Virus record (IMG/VR): IMGVR_UViG_3300027754_000042
Source of the DNA: a virus
Reading direction: 5' to 3' (one strand)
DNA: 64,000 bases
The position numbers were made by a program, and so were the translations under genes. Positions 45,274 to 54,798 of this stretch are shown here, piece after piece. Numbering within the stretch: position 1 is the first letter of the stretch; every line of letters begins with the position of its first letter. The notes below the pieces were generated by a model. It saw only the letters and a program-made list of their open reading frames with translations, searched no databases and was not told the DNA's origin.

Positions 45274-46133
45274 TGGCATTCTACGATAAATGTGGCAACT
45301 CAAAACCACTTAGCATCATTGCTGGTCCTTGTGCTTTCGAGTCACAGAAACATGCCATCTTTATGGCAGAGTCGCTGCATGATATCGTAGAAAGCGTTGG
45401 CAAACGCTTCGGGCAAGAAATCAATTTCATTTATAAGACGTCCTTCGATAAGGCTAATCGAACATCCGCAACTGCTTATAGAGGTATGGGGTTTGATGAA
45501 GCTTATTATGGGATGGATGCCGTCCGTGGTAGGGGCATTGAAGTCCTCACGGACGTACACGAAAACTGGCATTGTGGTGCAGTGAATGCTGATGTTATTC
45601 AGATCCCCGCATTTCTTTGTCGGCAAACTGACCTTCTTGAATCGGCTGCACAAACGCATAAGCCAGTCAATGTGAAGAAGGGCCAGTTTATGGCGCCCGA
45701 AGAAATGGGTAGCGTAGTAAAGAAGCTTGAGCATTTTGGCTGTAAGAAAATCATATTGACTGAGCGTGGTACTACATTTGGCTATAAGAACCTTGTGGTC
45801 GATATGCGCTCGCTTGAGATTATGAAGTATTGGGGTTACCCAGTCTTCATGGATTGCACCCATGCTGTACAGCTACCAGGTGGTAATGGATCAAGCTCTG
45901 GTGGGCAGAGTGAGTTTGTACCACTCATCGCTCGCGCAGCCACGGCTGTAGGTATTGCTGGCTTGTTTATGGAAGTCCACGAGAATCCAAATAATGCACC
46001 GTGCGATGGTCCGAACATGATTTATCTTGACAAGTTCGACGCATTGTTGTATAGTTTACTTGAGATTGACGATGTAGTGAAAAGAAGTGAAAGGTTAGAC
46101 AATGGCAATTTGGAAGCTGGAAACTCGCTATAA
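45273..46133 (+). CDS. kdsA: KDO-8-phosphate synthase
   Basis: IAGPC, SFDKANRTS, TDVHE, QIPAFLCRQTDL, NVKKGQF, ERG..FGY..LVVD, D.THAVQ.PG, F.EVH.NP..A..DG. Confidence 0.95.
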   Translation: MAFYDKCGNSKPLSIIAGPCAFESQKHAIFMAESLHDIVESVGKRFGQEINFIYKTSFDKANRTSATAYRGMGFDEAYYGMDAVRGRGIEVLTDVHENWHCGAVNADVIQIPAFLCRQTDLLESAAQTHKPVNVKKGQFMAPEEMGSVVKKLEHFGCKKIILTERGTTFGYKNLVVDMRSLEIMKYWGYPVFMDCTHAVQLPGGNGSSSGGQSEFVPLIARAATAVGIAGLFMEVHENPNNAPCDGPNMIYLDKFDALLYSLLEIDDVVKRSERLDNGNLEAGNSL

Positions 46134-46539
46134 GAAGAACATTCAGGAAACTGAATACTTCAATAAAGATGGGCAAGTTATTGAATACGAGACTTGGTGG
46201 CGTTGGGGTTATGCCAAGTTCGATGTTCCTGACGATGTAGATTTCAAGGATTATCTCAAAGCCGTTGAGGATATTGACCTTGATGATGATAATGGTATTG
46301 ATATCTATTCGCTTGACTATGATTTGATGGATCATAGCTTTGATGATGGCGTCGCGTGTTCGTGGACTTTTCCTGATGACATGGACGAAGAAGAGCAAGA
46401 GCGTATCCAAGAGTTGTTTGATGAAGAGTGGCACGAAGGTCTTGAGAACGACGGTTGGGAAGCTACCGATAGAGAAGTCGTATTTCATGGCCCATTTGAT
46501 TTGACAAAGGAAGAAGAGGACGGCACTACTCATGGCTAA
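46102..46539 (+). CDS. Acidic hypothetical protein
   Basis: Very D/E-rich ORF. Confidence 0.65.
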   Translation: MAIWKLETRYKKNIQETEYFNKDGQVIEYETWWRWGYAKFDVPDDVDFKDYLKAVEDIDLDDDNGIDIYSLDYDLMDHSFDDGVACSWTFPDDMDEEEQERIQELFDEEWHEGLENDGWEATDREVVFHGPFDLTKEEEDGTTHG

Positions 46540-47290
46540 CGTGACAGGTAAGATTTGGGGTGACACCAGTGTTATTATTCAGAACGCATTGGTCGAGCTA
46601 CATAAGATCAACGTAAAGGCAGGTTTTCGCTGCTCGGAGCACCTACATGAACATAAATGGAATGGATTCTACGTTGAATCAGGAGTACTGGAAATTCATG
46701 TACGAAAGAATAACTACGAGCTTACCGATGTTACTGTTCTCCGAGCAGGTGACTTTACTAGCGTTCGGCCTGGTGAATATCACTTCTTTGTTTGCACTGA
46801 GGCTTGCAGCGCACTAGAGCTTTATTGGCCCGAACTTCTTAGCGAAGATATCAAGCGCAAGAACACTGGCGGTCCGATGGCTTCAAATATGCCACCCATC
46901 AAAAAGAATCCTGTCGCAGTACCAGTGCCGATTGATTTTGAATATGATACTGGTCGTGTGATTCCTAAGTATGATAAAGCAGGCTATGCGACATTACCGC
47001 AGGGGCAAACAATTCATCCTGTAGGTATTGGACCAGTGATGTCGTCTATTATTTCTCCATCAGCGCAATTTGATTCGATGATGTTTGGTTCTGTGACGAC
47101 AACCGTTGCTCCTAACTCTGGTCTAGTAGAATCATTGCGTAAACTAAATGCTAATGATTTACCTATTGTGCCTAAAGACCTTGGAACTTGTGTTTCAATT
47201 TGCAAACTTGGAGATGATGGAAGATGCACGGGATGTGGTCGTTCTTTGGAGGAGATAGAGATGGCAGGTCTGAAGCACAAGAAGGAATGA
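46532..47290 (+). CDS. Cupin protein with C-terminal DUF1289-like Cys motif
   Basis: GKIWG, CSEH.H..K.N.F, V.PGEYH.F; C-terminal CVSICKL...CTGCGRSLEEI. Confidence 0.7.
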   Translation: MANVTGKIWGDTSVIIQNALVELHKINVKAGFRCSEHLHEHKWNGFYVESGVLEIHVRKNNYELTDVTVLRAGDFTSVRPGEYHFFVCTEACSALELYWPELLSEDIKRKNTGGPMASNMPPIKKNPVAVPVPIDFEYDTGRVIPKYDKAGYATLPQGQTIHPVGIGPVMSSIISPSAQFDSMMFGSVTTTVAPNSGLVESLRKLNANDLPIVPKDLGTCVSICKLGDDGRCTGCGRSLEEIEMAGLKHKKE

Positions 47291-47535
47291 TTGCAAGCAT
47301 GAACGATACACCAGCGAGCATTATGACAAGCGAAACATTTGCTCGCATGGTGGAAGATCGTGTCTTCAATAAAGGTATGACATATATTGACGCTTGCTTG
47401 GACGTGTGTACCGCGTCCGGGCTTGAACCCGAGAGTGTGCCTCGTCTCATCGGACCAAAGATCAAGAAGCTTATTCAATCTGAGGCGCTAGGTTCTAATC
47501 TAATCAAACGCACTGGAGCAAAGCTTCCGATATGA
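47287..47535 (+). CDS. 33: Late transcription coactivator gp33
   Basis: YIDA....C....E.E....LI...K..I..EA...N.IK...KLPI; synteny with 59 and 32. Confidence 0.8.
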   Translation: MIASMNDTPASIMTSETFARMVEDRVFNKGMTYIDACLDVCTASGLEPESVPRLIGPKIKKLIQSEALGSNLIKRTGAKLPI

Positions 47536-48539
47536 TATCTACGGTAACCCCTATGCGCGATATCCAAATGTGGATACGCAATCTAAATCTTGACCACATT
47601 CACATCTATCAAGATTTTGGTCTTGATACTTTTACTATCAACTACTCGGTAACTAATAAATCAAAACAAGTCTCTCGCTATGAACTCGAAGATGCGAGAG
47701 ATCCTTATCAAATTATCTTAGAAGCTATAGGTCAAGTTATGGCAGTTCCGTATGATAAACTCCGTGAAATTCTCAACCAAAAGGCCAATCAATTGCCTAA
47801 TCCTTCAATATCACATTCTGATGGCATCTATGATTATGCAGCCGATGGTACAGTGATTACCACGACAACTTTACCCACGTTGGGTCAATGGATGGCAAAT
47901 CCAAATGGATCTGTCACAAGGCAAGGGTCCATTGATGATATACTTGGTATTGACTATAAGCACGAACAGATGGCGCGCAATGCATTGTTTACCGATGCAG
48001 AACAGGCCGAGATTCGTAATATGAAGTATGTTCTAAAGAATAACTATCTCAAGTTTGTGCCAGAAAAACTCATGCACAATGAAAAGGTAGTTGTTGCTGG
48101 TGGCTGTTTCGCGTCTTTCCTCAATAAAGAACTGCCGCATGATATTGATGTGTTCATTCTTGATGATGCTAAGACAAAACAGTACGTCAAAGAATATGTT
48201 GATGCAAGGATCTTAGATAAACCTGGTATGTTCAAGATCGGTAGTACCGACTATATGAACAATGACAAGATTGAATTTACTGCGTTTGATATGAATCATA
48301 AGAACCAGTTCGTTACTACATCATACACCACACGCGCGGAACTCATTGCTCATTTTGATATGGTGCATTGCTGCATATCATATACACCGTACAATGATAA
48401 ACTCTATATCACACGCGACGTATTTGATACGATTAAGAACACACAGATTCGGTCTAATCAGTGCGGCATTATGGAACTGGTTGCACCGTGGCGTATCAGT
48501 AAGATGGAAGAGCGTGGTTGGAAAATATGGAAGGCATGA
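47532..48539 (+). CDS. Nucleotidyltransferase-like protein
   Basis: VAGGCFAS, HDIDVF, FD.VHC. Confidence 0.6.
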   Translation: MISTVTPMRDIQMWIRNLNLDHIHIYQDFGLDTFTINYSVTNKSKQVSRYELEDARDPYQIILEAIGQVMAVPYDKLREILNQKANQLPNPSISHSDGIYDYAADGTVITTTTLPTLGQWMANPNGSVTRQGSIDDILGIDYKHEQMARNALFTDAEQAEIRNMKYVLKNNYLKFVPEKLMHNEKVVVAGGCFASFLNKELPHDIDVFILDDAKTKQYVKEYVDARILDKPGMFKIGSTDYMNNDKIEFTAFDMNHKNQFVTTSYTTRAELIAHFDMVHCCISYTPYNDKLYITRDVFDTIKNTQIRSNQCGIMELVAPWRISKMEERGWKIWKA

Positions 48540-49120
48540 CAGCATACCAACGCTATCAGGCCCTCAAGCTTCACTTCACATCCGACTATGACTTCATCAA
48601 ATACTCTGGCAAAATCAAAAAAATATCCGAAGCGTCATTTCTAAAACGCAAGGATCAATATCTCTTTCGCAAGATAGAGCGCAAATATAGCGACGATGAA
48701 CTAACCAATTTCTTTGTCGCTAACTTTGTCTCGTCTGCCGGTGTGCGATGGGTCGGTGATATGTCAGGACCCGAGTCAGAGAAAGTTTATGTTGCTTGGT
48801 TGAAGCGCATGGAAACTTTCTCGTACCAGCTCAAAGAAGAACTAAATAAAATCGTTGATGATGTGGACGATCCGAAGTCTCTATTGAAGACGACTGGTGA
48901 ACATCCACAATTAATCAAACTTTATATGGGCAATAAGGTCTCTGCGGAAACCGTGATTGCTTTTGATATTGCCTTTAATGTGCTTGATGCATGGAACAAG
49001 GTAATTGGCGATACCATCATATGGCCTGAGGTGTATCGTCAGTTAAAGAAGTACAGGCCATTTGTGAGAGTTGATCCTGATAACATCAAAAAGATTATGC
49101 GTCAGGTGTTTTTGTCTTGA
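48527..49120 (+). CDS. 59: Helicase loader gp59
   Basis: Y.ALKLHFT..YDF.KY.GK, F.KRKD.Y.F, FFVANF, KY.PF. Confidence 0.9.
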   Translation: MEGMTAYQRYQALKLHFTSDYDFIKYSGKIKKISEASFLKRKDQYLFRKIERKYSDDELTNFFVANFVSSAGVRWVGDMSGPESEKVYVAWLKRMETFSYQLKEELNKIVDDVDDPKSLLKTTGEHPQLIKLYMGNKVSAETVIAFDIAFNVLDAWNKVIGDTIIWPEVYRQLKKYRPFVRVDPDNIKKIMRQVFLS

Positions 49121-49147
49121 CATTTGCACTAGAATAGTGTATAAATA
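49117..49147 (+). promoter_or_regulatory. Overlapping sigma70-type and late promoters of gene 32
   Basis: TTGACA-17-TATAAA, with TATAAATA at 49140-49147. Confidence 0.7.
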
Positions 49148-49208
49148 ACATGTTATTATGATTGAGTGAATAAAAAATCCATACAACACATACAACGGAG
49201 ATATACAA

Positions 49209-50150
49209 ATGAATGAAGCATTTATGAACCTCAAGCGCAATCGCGAATCCTCACTTGAGCGTCTTACCAAAGAAATCAATAAGCTATCAACTAAGGAAAC
49301 TGGTTCGTCTAAGGACGAGCGTTTCTGGCAGCCCGAAGTAGATAAGATGGGTAATGGCTTTGCTGTTATTCGCTTTCTTCCTGCTCCTGCTGGTGAAGAA
49401 GTTCCGTGGGTTCGTGTTTGGAATCACGGCTTTCAAGGCCCAGGTGGTTGGTATATTGAGAACTCTTTGACAACCATCGGTCAGCAAGATCCTGTATCTG
49501 AGATGAACTCCAAGCTTTGGAATTCTGGCAACGAAAAGGACAAGGAAATTGTCCGTCAGCGTAAGCGTCGTCTCAACTACATCTCAAATATCGTCGTACT
49601 CAAGGATCCTGCACATCCTGAGAATGAAGGTAAAGTCTTTCTTTTCAAGTTCGGTAAGAAGATTTGGGATAAGCTGGATGAAGTCATGCATCCTCCTTTC
49701 GATGAACAGGGTCGCAGCCCAGAAAATCCTAAGTACGATCCAGTAAACGCATTCAATCCTTTTGAATTGTGGGATGGTGCTAATTTCAAGCTAAAGATTC
49801 GTAAGGTCGAAGGCTATCGCAATTACGATAAATCTGAGTTTGATGCACCAGCTGCTCTTGCTAGTGATGAGGATATGGCTGCAATGTGGCAGGGTGCTCA
49901 TTCGCTTCAGGCTTTTCTTGCGCCGTCTAACTTCAAGTCTTACGATGAGTTGAAGACAAAGCTGGAGAAGGTTCTTGCTGAGCCAGCTGGCGCATCTTAT
50001 CGCAATGAGGATGATATCCCTTTTGACCGTCCGACTGCCCGTTCAATGGCTGCACCAGCAGTAGGGAAGTCGGCACCAGCTCCTAAGGCTAAGGCTGTAG
50101 ATGATGACGATTTGTCGTTCTTTGAAAAGCTTGCTGAGGATGACGAGTAA
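49209..50150 (+). CDS. 32: Single-stranded DNA-binding protein gp32
   Basis: D.RFW.P..DK.GNG.AVIRFLP, WYIENSLTT, NEGKVFL.K.GKKI, GANFKLKI, NYDKSEF, acidic tail. Confidence 0.97.
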   Translation: MNEAFMNLKRNRESSLERLTKEINKLSTKETGSSKDERFWQPEVDKMGNGFAVIRFLPAPAGEEVPWVRVWNHGFQGPGGWYIENSLTTIGQQDPVSEMNSKLWNSGNEKDKEIVRQRKRRLNYISNIVVLKDPAHPENEGKVFLFKFGKKIWDKLDEVMHPPFDEQGRSPENPKYDPVNAFNPFELWDGANFKLKIRKVEGYRNYDKSEFDAPAALASDEDMAAMWQGAHSLQAFLAPSNFKSYDELKTKLEKVLAEPAGASYRNEDDIPFDRPTARSMAAPAVGKSAPAPKAKAVDDDDLSFFEKLAEDDE

Positions 50151-50157
50151 GACACTT

Positions 50158-50184
50158 GGGGGAACTTCGGTTCCCCCTTTTTTT
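50158..50184 (+). terminator. Intrinsic terminator with cUUCGg tetraloop
   Basis: GGGGGAAC-TTCG-GTTCCCCC-TTTTTTT. Confidence 0.9.
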
Positions 50185-52258
50185 ATTGATGATTTTCCAT
50201 CTTCTGTTTACCAAAAAATCTATTCAAGAATGGATTAGTTGCTGAGAGAGGTATGTTTGGTGTGACGTTAGTATCACCACCTGCGCTCTTATTCATCACA
50301 TTATAATCATTCATATTTGTCTGTAAGATTTGACCTAACTTACCTTTATAACCAGCCGACTCGTCTCCCTCTGGTTCAATCTTAGTTGGTGCTGTTGCAG
50401 CAGGTTTTGCTGATGGTGCGCCAGCCCCTGGTACAGCTGGTGGGTTCTCAGCATTAGCTTCAGGTCCACCACTAATAGCAGCACCAAATGCTTTTGGGCC
50501 TGCTCGCATACCAGCCGCCGCTGGTGTTGCACCAGCAGCCACTTTAGCGTTCTGTTCAGCGCGTTGTTCCTCTTTTGGTTTATATCTTACATCATTAGCT
50601 CTATCTTTATCATCTATACCTTGCATGTTTAACATCGCATCACGCGCAGCATTAGAATCTACGGTGGCTGTTATACCTTTTGCATGTGTTGCACCCATAG
50701 CATCTTCATCTTCTTTTTTATATTTTGCTTCCATGATGTTGGATGCATTTTGCATATTAGCCGAGCGAACATCTCTATCACTAAGACCAGTATCACCGCC
50801 AGGTAATCCGTCTGTTGGTAATGTATGACTACCACCACCTCGCCCTAACATGCGAGGATCAGTATGGTCGCCACCACCACGACCAATAGCGCCGGTTGTT
50901 TCACCTGTAGTGTGCCCACCACCACGTCCGAACGTAGCCGGATTTGTCGCGTCTTGAATAGATTTAGCAGCGGCTTTCTTTGCTTCTACTGGTGCACCAG
51001 GTGCAGCCGCAATAGCTTTTAAACCAGCAAGTTCTTTTTGTCTCTGTTGATCCGCAGCAAAGAACATCGCAGTAGCACCAGAATCTCCGTTTCTTTCCAT
51101 GTCCTGTTGTTGTTGAAACATAGCTTTAGATTTAGCGTGTGGATCAGGCGGTGCCATTATAGGTGCACCTGTAGTTGCAGCAGGCGCAGTTTCCGCAGGT
51201 CTTCTCATTGGTTGTGGTGCAGCCGCCGATTGTCTAGCAGCACCAAATGCATCGGTCTCACCACCTATTGACATATCTGTTGGTGCAGCTGGCGCTGCTG
51301 GAGTTGACGCAGCTGGCGCTGCTGGAGTTGACGCAGCTGCCTTTGATGGATCGTTAGCATCGCTACCTGGTGTCTTATATAAATCTTCCGCACTAGCTTC
51401 GCGTGTACTAGACCCTGTCGTTCCAGCAGCACTAGTAGAAGCAGCGGCAGGACCTGCACCACCTTCAGGTGCACCAGATCCACTTTTTGCTTTCGAACCA
51501 GCAGCCTCAGCAAATGCACCAGTTTCACCAGACATTGACATATCGGTTAATTGTGCTCCCTGTGGTGCACCTATTGGTGGTTGAGCTTTATTATATGATG
51601 CCATTGCGCCATCAATTTCAGATTGATCTGGGTTTTCATTTTTAAATTGCTTCCATAATTTATACAATTCAATAGCATCACCGATTGATAATGCAAGACC
51701 AATCGCAACGCCAATCCACCCAATACCCGTAGCAGCAAGAATTGCCATTGTTGCTAACTTTTTACCGATTTTACCGAGTAATAGTGGCGCAGCAATTTTT
51801 AAAAATGAAATGAATGCGTCCCACGTGGAATCGCCACTCGAAGGAATAGCGTCCGCTGCCGCAGCTGGTGCCGCAGCACCTAATGCAGCACCACTGATAG
51901 TAGCACCAGCACCACCGGTAAGCGATGGTGTTATAGCAGCTAGACTTCTGGTAAACTCTGTACGAGACGCAGCCAGTTCTTTATTCAATGTTCTAAAACG
52001 GTCTGTCATATCTCTGTCAACCTTAGCAACAGTCTTTAGAACGCTTGCGATGCTTTTCATAATCTCGTTGGATACTTTTTGCAACTGCGTTAGTTGAATA
52101 TTCAAACGCGACATAGAGTCCGCAAGGTCTGCCATTGAACTCTTGTTAGTCAATAGCGACGATGATGCTTTCTGCATATTACTATCAGCAGACTTGGTAC
52201 TAAATGTTATTGCTGGTCGTTCAAATGGTGTACCAGTTACGAGTTTTGAAATAGCCAT
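50183..52258 (-). CDS. Ala/Pro/Gly-rich virion-associated protein (tape-measure/hub-like)
   Basis: N-terminal coiled coil, hydrophobic segment, low-complexity tail; sits downstream of gp26/gp51. Confidence 0.55.
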   Translation of the reverse strand: MAISKLVTGTPFERPAITFSTKSADSNMQKASSSLLTNKSSMADLADSMSRLNIQLTQLQKVSNEIMKSIASVLKTVAKVDRDMTDRFRTLNKELAASRTEFTRSLAAITPSLTGGAGATISGAALGAAAPAAAADAIPSSGDSTWDAFISFLKIAAPLLLGKIGKKLATMAILAATGIGWIGVAIGLALSIGDAIELYKLWKQFKNENPDQSEIDGAMASYNKAQPPIGAPQGAQLTDMSMSGETGAFAEAAGSKAKSGSGAPEGGAGPAAASTSAAGTTGSSTREASAEDLYKTPGSDANDPSKAAASTPAAPAASTPAAPAAPTDMSIGGETDAFGAARQSAAAPQPMRRPAETAPAATTGAPIMAPPDPHAKSKAMFQQQQDMERNGDSGATAMFFAADQQRQKELAGLKAIAAAPGAPVEAKKAAAKSIQDATNPATFGRGGGHTTGETTGAIGRGGGDHTDPRMLGRGGGSHTLPTDGLPGGDTGLSDRDVRSANMQNASNIMEAKYKKEDEDAMGATHAKGITATVDSNAARDAMLNMQGIDDKDRANDVRYKPKEEQRAEQNAKVAAGATPAAAGMRAGPKAFGAAISGGPEANAENPPAVPGAGAPSAKPAATAPTKIEPEGDESAGYKGKLGQILQTNMNDYNVMNKSAGGDTNVTPNIPLSATNPFLNRFFGKQKMENHQ
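51285..51339. repeat. 24-bp tandem repeat, about 2.3 copies (coding)
   Basis: GCAGCTGGCGCTGCTGGAGTTGAC repeated; encodes the AASTPAAP repeat on the minus strand. Confidence 0.85.
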
Positions 52259-54618
52259 TAAAATAACCTTCTAAGAGCAGAACCAATTTGTGCACCAATC
52301 ATAAATGGTGATATCATTGCTTCGGGACGATATGTTGGTCCTGCCATCTGTTGAAATATATTGGTTCTAATATCATTCGTGACGGTTCTATTGATAATGT
52401 TTGTATCAACTGGTGGACACGCACACGCACGATTCACAGCATAATCTTGTGAAGCGCCGGCCATTCTACTACCTCCACCACCACCAGGTGCACCTGCATT
52501 ATAATCTGGTGCAGGTGCACCAGGAACCGATGTCGAAGGTGCTTGATAATTACTACCACCTGCCAATTGAATATGCACCGGATCACTACCACCAAATGGA
52601 AACGACACACCATACTTAGCAAGAATACCTTGAAACGCTGATCCTAATCCAGGATTAATATCCAAAGCTTGGCCTTTTCCGTGCGAAGAACCTCTACCAC
52701 TTCCTGGAACTGTATACGATTGCCCACCAACCGTAACAACTTGAGTGTTTTGAGGTCTTGCGGGTGTATAGATACCTGGTTCACGAAGAATATTACCGCG
52801 AACCCAAAGCTGTGCTTGATATGCGTCATCGCGATAAGCAGAATTGATTCTAACAGGACCACCATATTCTCTAGCCGCTTGATAAAATCTTTTCATTAGT
52901 TCGGGATCTACTTTGGATACATCGACATTTCCTGTTACGTTGTTAGGCTTAGATGTATTACCCAAACTCGCAAGCGAAGTCTGCACTTGTTGCTGCGATG
53001 GTGCACCTGTCGTATCTAGTGGGCGCACAGTACCAGCTTGCTGCATAGGCGCAAGACTAAATTTCTGATTGAATGCTGCTACTTTTCCTTCTAGTTCTTT
53101 TTTCTTTGCTTCATTAGCTTCACCGAGTCTAGCACCAGGACCTTTTTTCGCTGCAAGATCGTTTATATTTTTTAGCATCGTTACGTTGGCTTGATGCGTT
53201 GCAGCTTCTTCTGGTGTCGCAGAAGGTCTACGTTGGGGTGCACCTGTAGTTGCGGCTGGAGTTGTTGGTGCAGTGGTTGGCCCACCAGATGGTGCTGCAG
53301 GTGCAGCTGGTGTTGTTTGTTGAGCAGCAGCAGTTTGAACATTACCGCCCATTTGCTGGTATGTTTTCATCCATGACGCTTGATATGCTTGTGGTGTTAA
53401 ACCTTTATTGACACCCAGTGCTTTCGCAGACATGCGACCTTGAGCATTACCAGTATACCAAACAAGTGGAATTTTTGATACGTCATTATTATTTTGACGA
53501 AGAACTTCAGAAATATAAACATCTGCTACTTTATCTTGTACATCTGGTGGAGCCATAAATGCTCGTGGATATTTTTGTATATCTACGCCAGCTGCCTGTG
53601 CGCGTGAACGCCATGTGCCATCAATAAACTGATAAGCACCAGATGCACTAGATGATTTTGAACGGATGTTATAGTTACCATCAGATTCGCGTTTTTTTAT
53701 CGTTTCAAGGATTTGTTTATTGCTACCAGATGCTGGCGTATTGGGCCACATTCCACCTGGTGGCGCTTCACCACTAGGACCACCGCCGGGACCACCGCCG
53801 CCTGGACTAGTTGCAATCAAAGCAGCGCCGCCAGCAATTGCTGCGCCTGCTACCGCAAGACCTATACCTACTCTCGTATTTTTAGCAGATCGAGATTGCT
53901 GCATTCTCTGCGCCCGCGCAAGAACTGCGGTGCTTCGCGAAGCTTTGAGTGATTTGCGCCCAGCGCCTTTACGCCCAGGCTTTGGTGCTACAGAACCACC
54001 AGCTTGTGTTGGTGCTTTAGTGCCAGTCAACGTCTCAATAACTTTATCTTGAAATTCTTGGTTATTTTGAATCATGGTACGGATGACAGTTTCATTTTGC
54101 TCTGTCATCTTTTGAACAACGCCAGCCATCTGTTCAAACAGTTTTGGATATGATTCCATTATCTTCTGGTTTGTGGTAATCAGATTGGTAGCGATAGATA
54201 CGTTTCGATTGAATTGCTTGATAACCTTGCTAGGTACACCTGTTGCTTTAGTTGCGGCCTTTATGCCTGGTGCTTTTGGCATTGCAGCAGCAATTGCTTC
54301 ACGTTTTTCTTGCGGTGGAAAATATGCAGCAATCTTATCTGGTGCTGGTTTGCCTTGATCGTCAAGGATAGAACCATCTGGTGCATAGTAGTATTTGGTG
54401 TTCTTCAATACGCCAGCAATTTGAGCGTTATTCTTTTTCTTTCTCTTAGGTGCTGCTATCACAACAGCAGCTTCTTCAACGGGAGGTGGTGCAGCAAACA
54501 TCGCGGAAATTCGCGCAGACGCGGGAATGCCGTTCTCATCCACAACCGTACCATCACTCTTGTAATAGTAATCGGTGTTTCCTAAACTGCCTGCTACTGG
54601 TCCTGGCTTTTTAGCCAT
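52258..54618 (-). CDS. Virion muralytic protein: transglycosylase-like plus peptidase M15 domains
   Basis: RESDGNY....SSASGAYQFIDGTW; INSAYR..AYQ..L, SSHGKGQALDI, DPVHIQ. Confidence 0.75.
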   Translation of the reverse strand: MAKKPGPVAGSLGNTDYYYKSDGTVVDENGIPASARISAMFAAPPPVEEAAVVIAAPKRKKKNNAQIAGVLKNTKYYYAPDGSILDDQGKPAPDKIAAYFPPQEKREAIAAAMPKAPGIKAATKATGVPSKVIKQFNRNVSIATNLITTNQKIMESYPKLFEQMAGVVQKMTEQNETVIRTMIQNNQEFQDKVIETLTGTKAPTQAGGSVAPKPGRKGAGRKSLKASRSTAVLARAQRMQQSRSAKNTRVGIGLAVAGAAIAGGAALIATSPGGGGPGGGPSGEAPPGGMWPNTPASGSNKQILETIKKRESDGNYNIRSKSSSASGAYQFIDGTWRSRAQAAGVDIQKYPRAFMAPPDVQDKVADVYISEVLRQNNNDVSKIPLVWYTGNAQGRMSAKALGVNKGLTPQAYQASWMKTYQQMGGNVQTAAAQQTTPAAPAAPSGGPTTAPTTPAATTGAPQRRPSATPEEAATHQANVTMLKNINDLAAKKGPGARLGEANEAKKKELEGKVAAFNQKFSLAPMQQAGTVRPLDTTGAPSQQQVQTSLASLGNTSKPNNVTGNVDVSKVDPELMKRFYQAAREYGGPVRINSAYRDDAYQAQLWVRGNILREPGIYTPARPQNTQVVTVGGQSYTVPGSGRGSSHGKGQALDINPGLGSAFQGILAKYGVSFPFGGSDPVHIQLAGGSNYQAPSTSVPGAPAPDYNAGAPGGGGGSRMAGASQDYAVNRACACPPVDTNIINRTVTNDIRTNIFQQMAGPTYRPEAMISPFMIGAQIGSALRRLF

Positions 54619-54621
54619 TTG

Positions 54622-54798
54622 TTATCCTCGTTCGCGTTCTTCTTTTAGTTTCTCAAGGTATTCAAGGAGCATCTTAACGTAAATATCCCTCTCCCAGGGT
54701 ATCATTCCTTCAATGTCACTCAGAGAATATTTGTGGTGTTGCATAAGCGAAAAGTTGGTTTGATAGTAGTTTGCTAGTGTGTTATGAGAGAGGACCAT
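54622..54798 (-). CDS. 51: Baseplate hub assembly catalyst gp51
   Basis: Translated by hand: NYYQTNFSLMQHHKYSLSDIEGMIPWERDIY. Confidence 0.85.
   Translation of the reverse strand: MVLSHNTLANYYQTNFSLMQHHKYSLSDIEGMIPWERDIYVKMLLEYLEKLKEERERG

Noticed and set aside
33846-46133. Host chromosomal DNA or a chimeric contig as the source of csg, cyclase and kdsA
   Set aside because: These genes are coupled to or interleaved with T4-like core genes, and the csg operon sits behind a T4 late promoter
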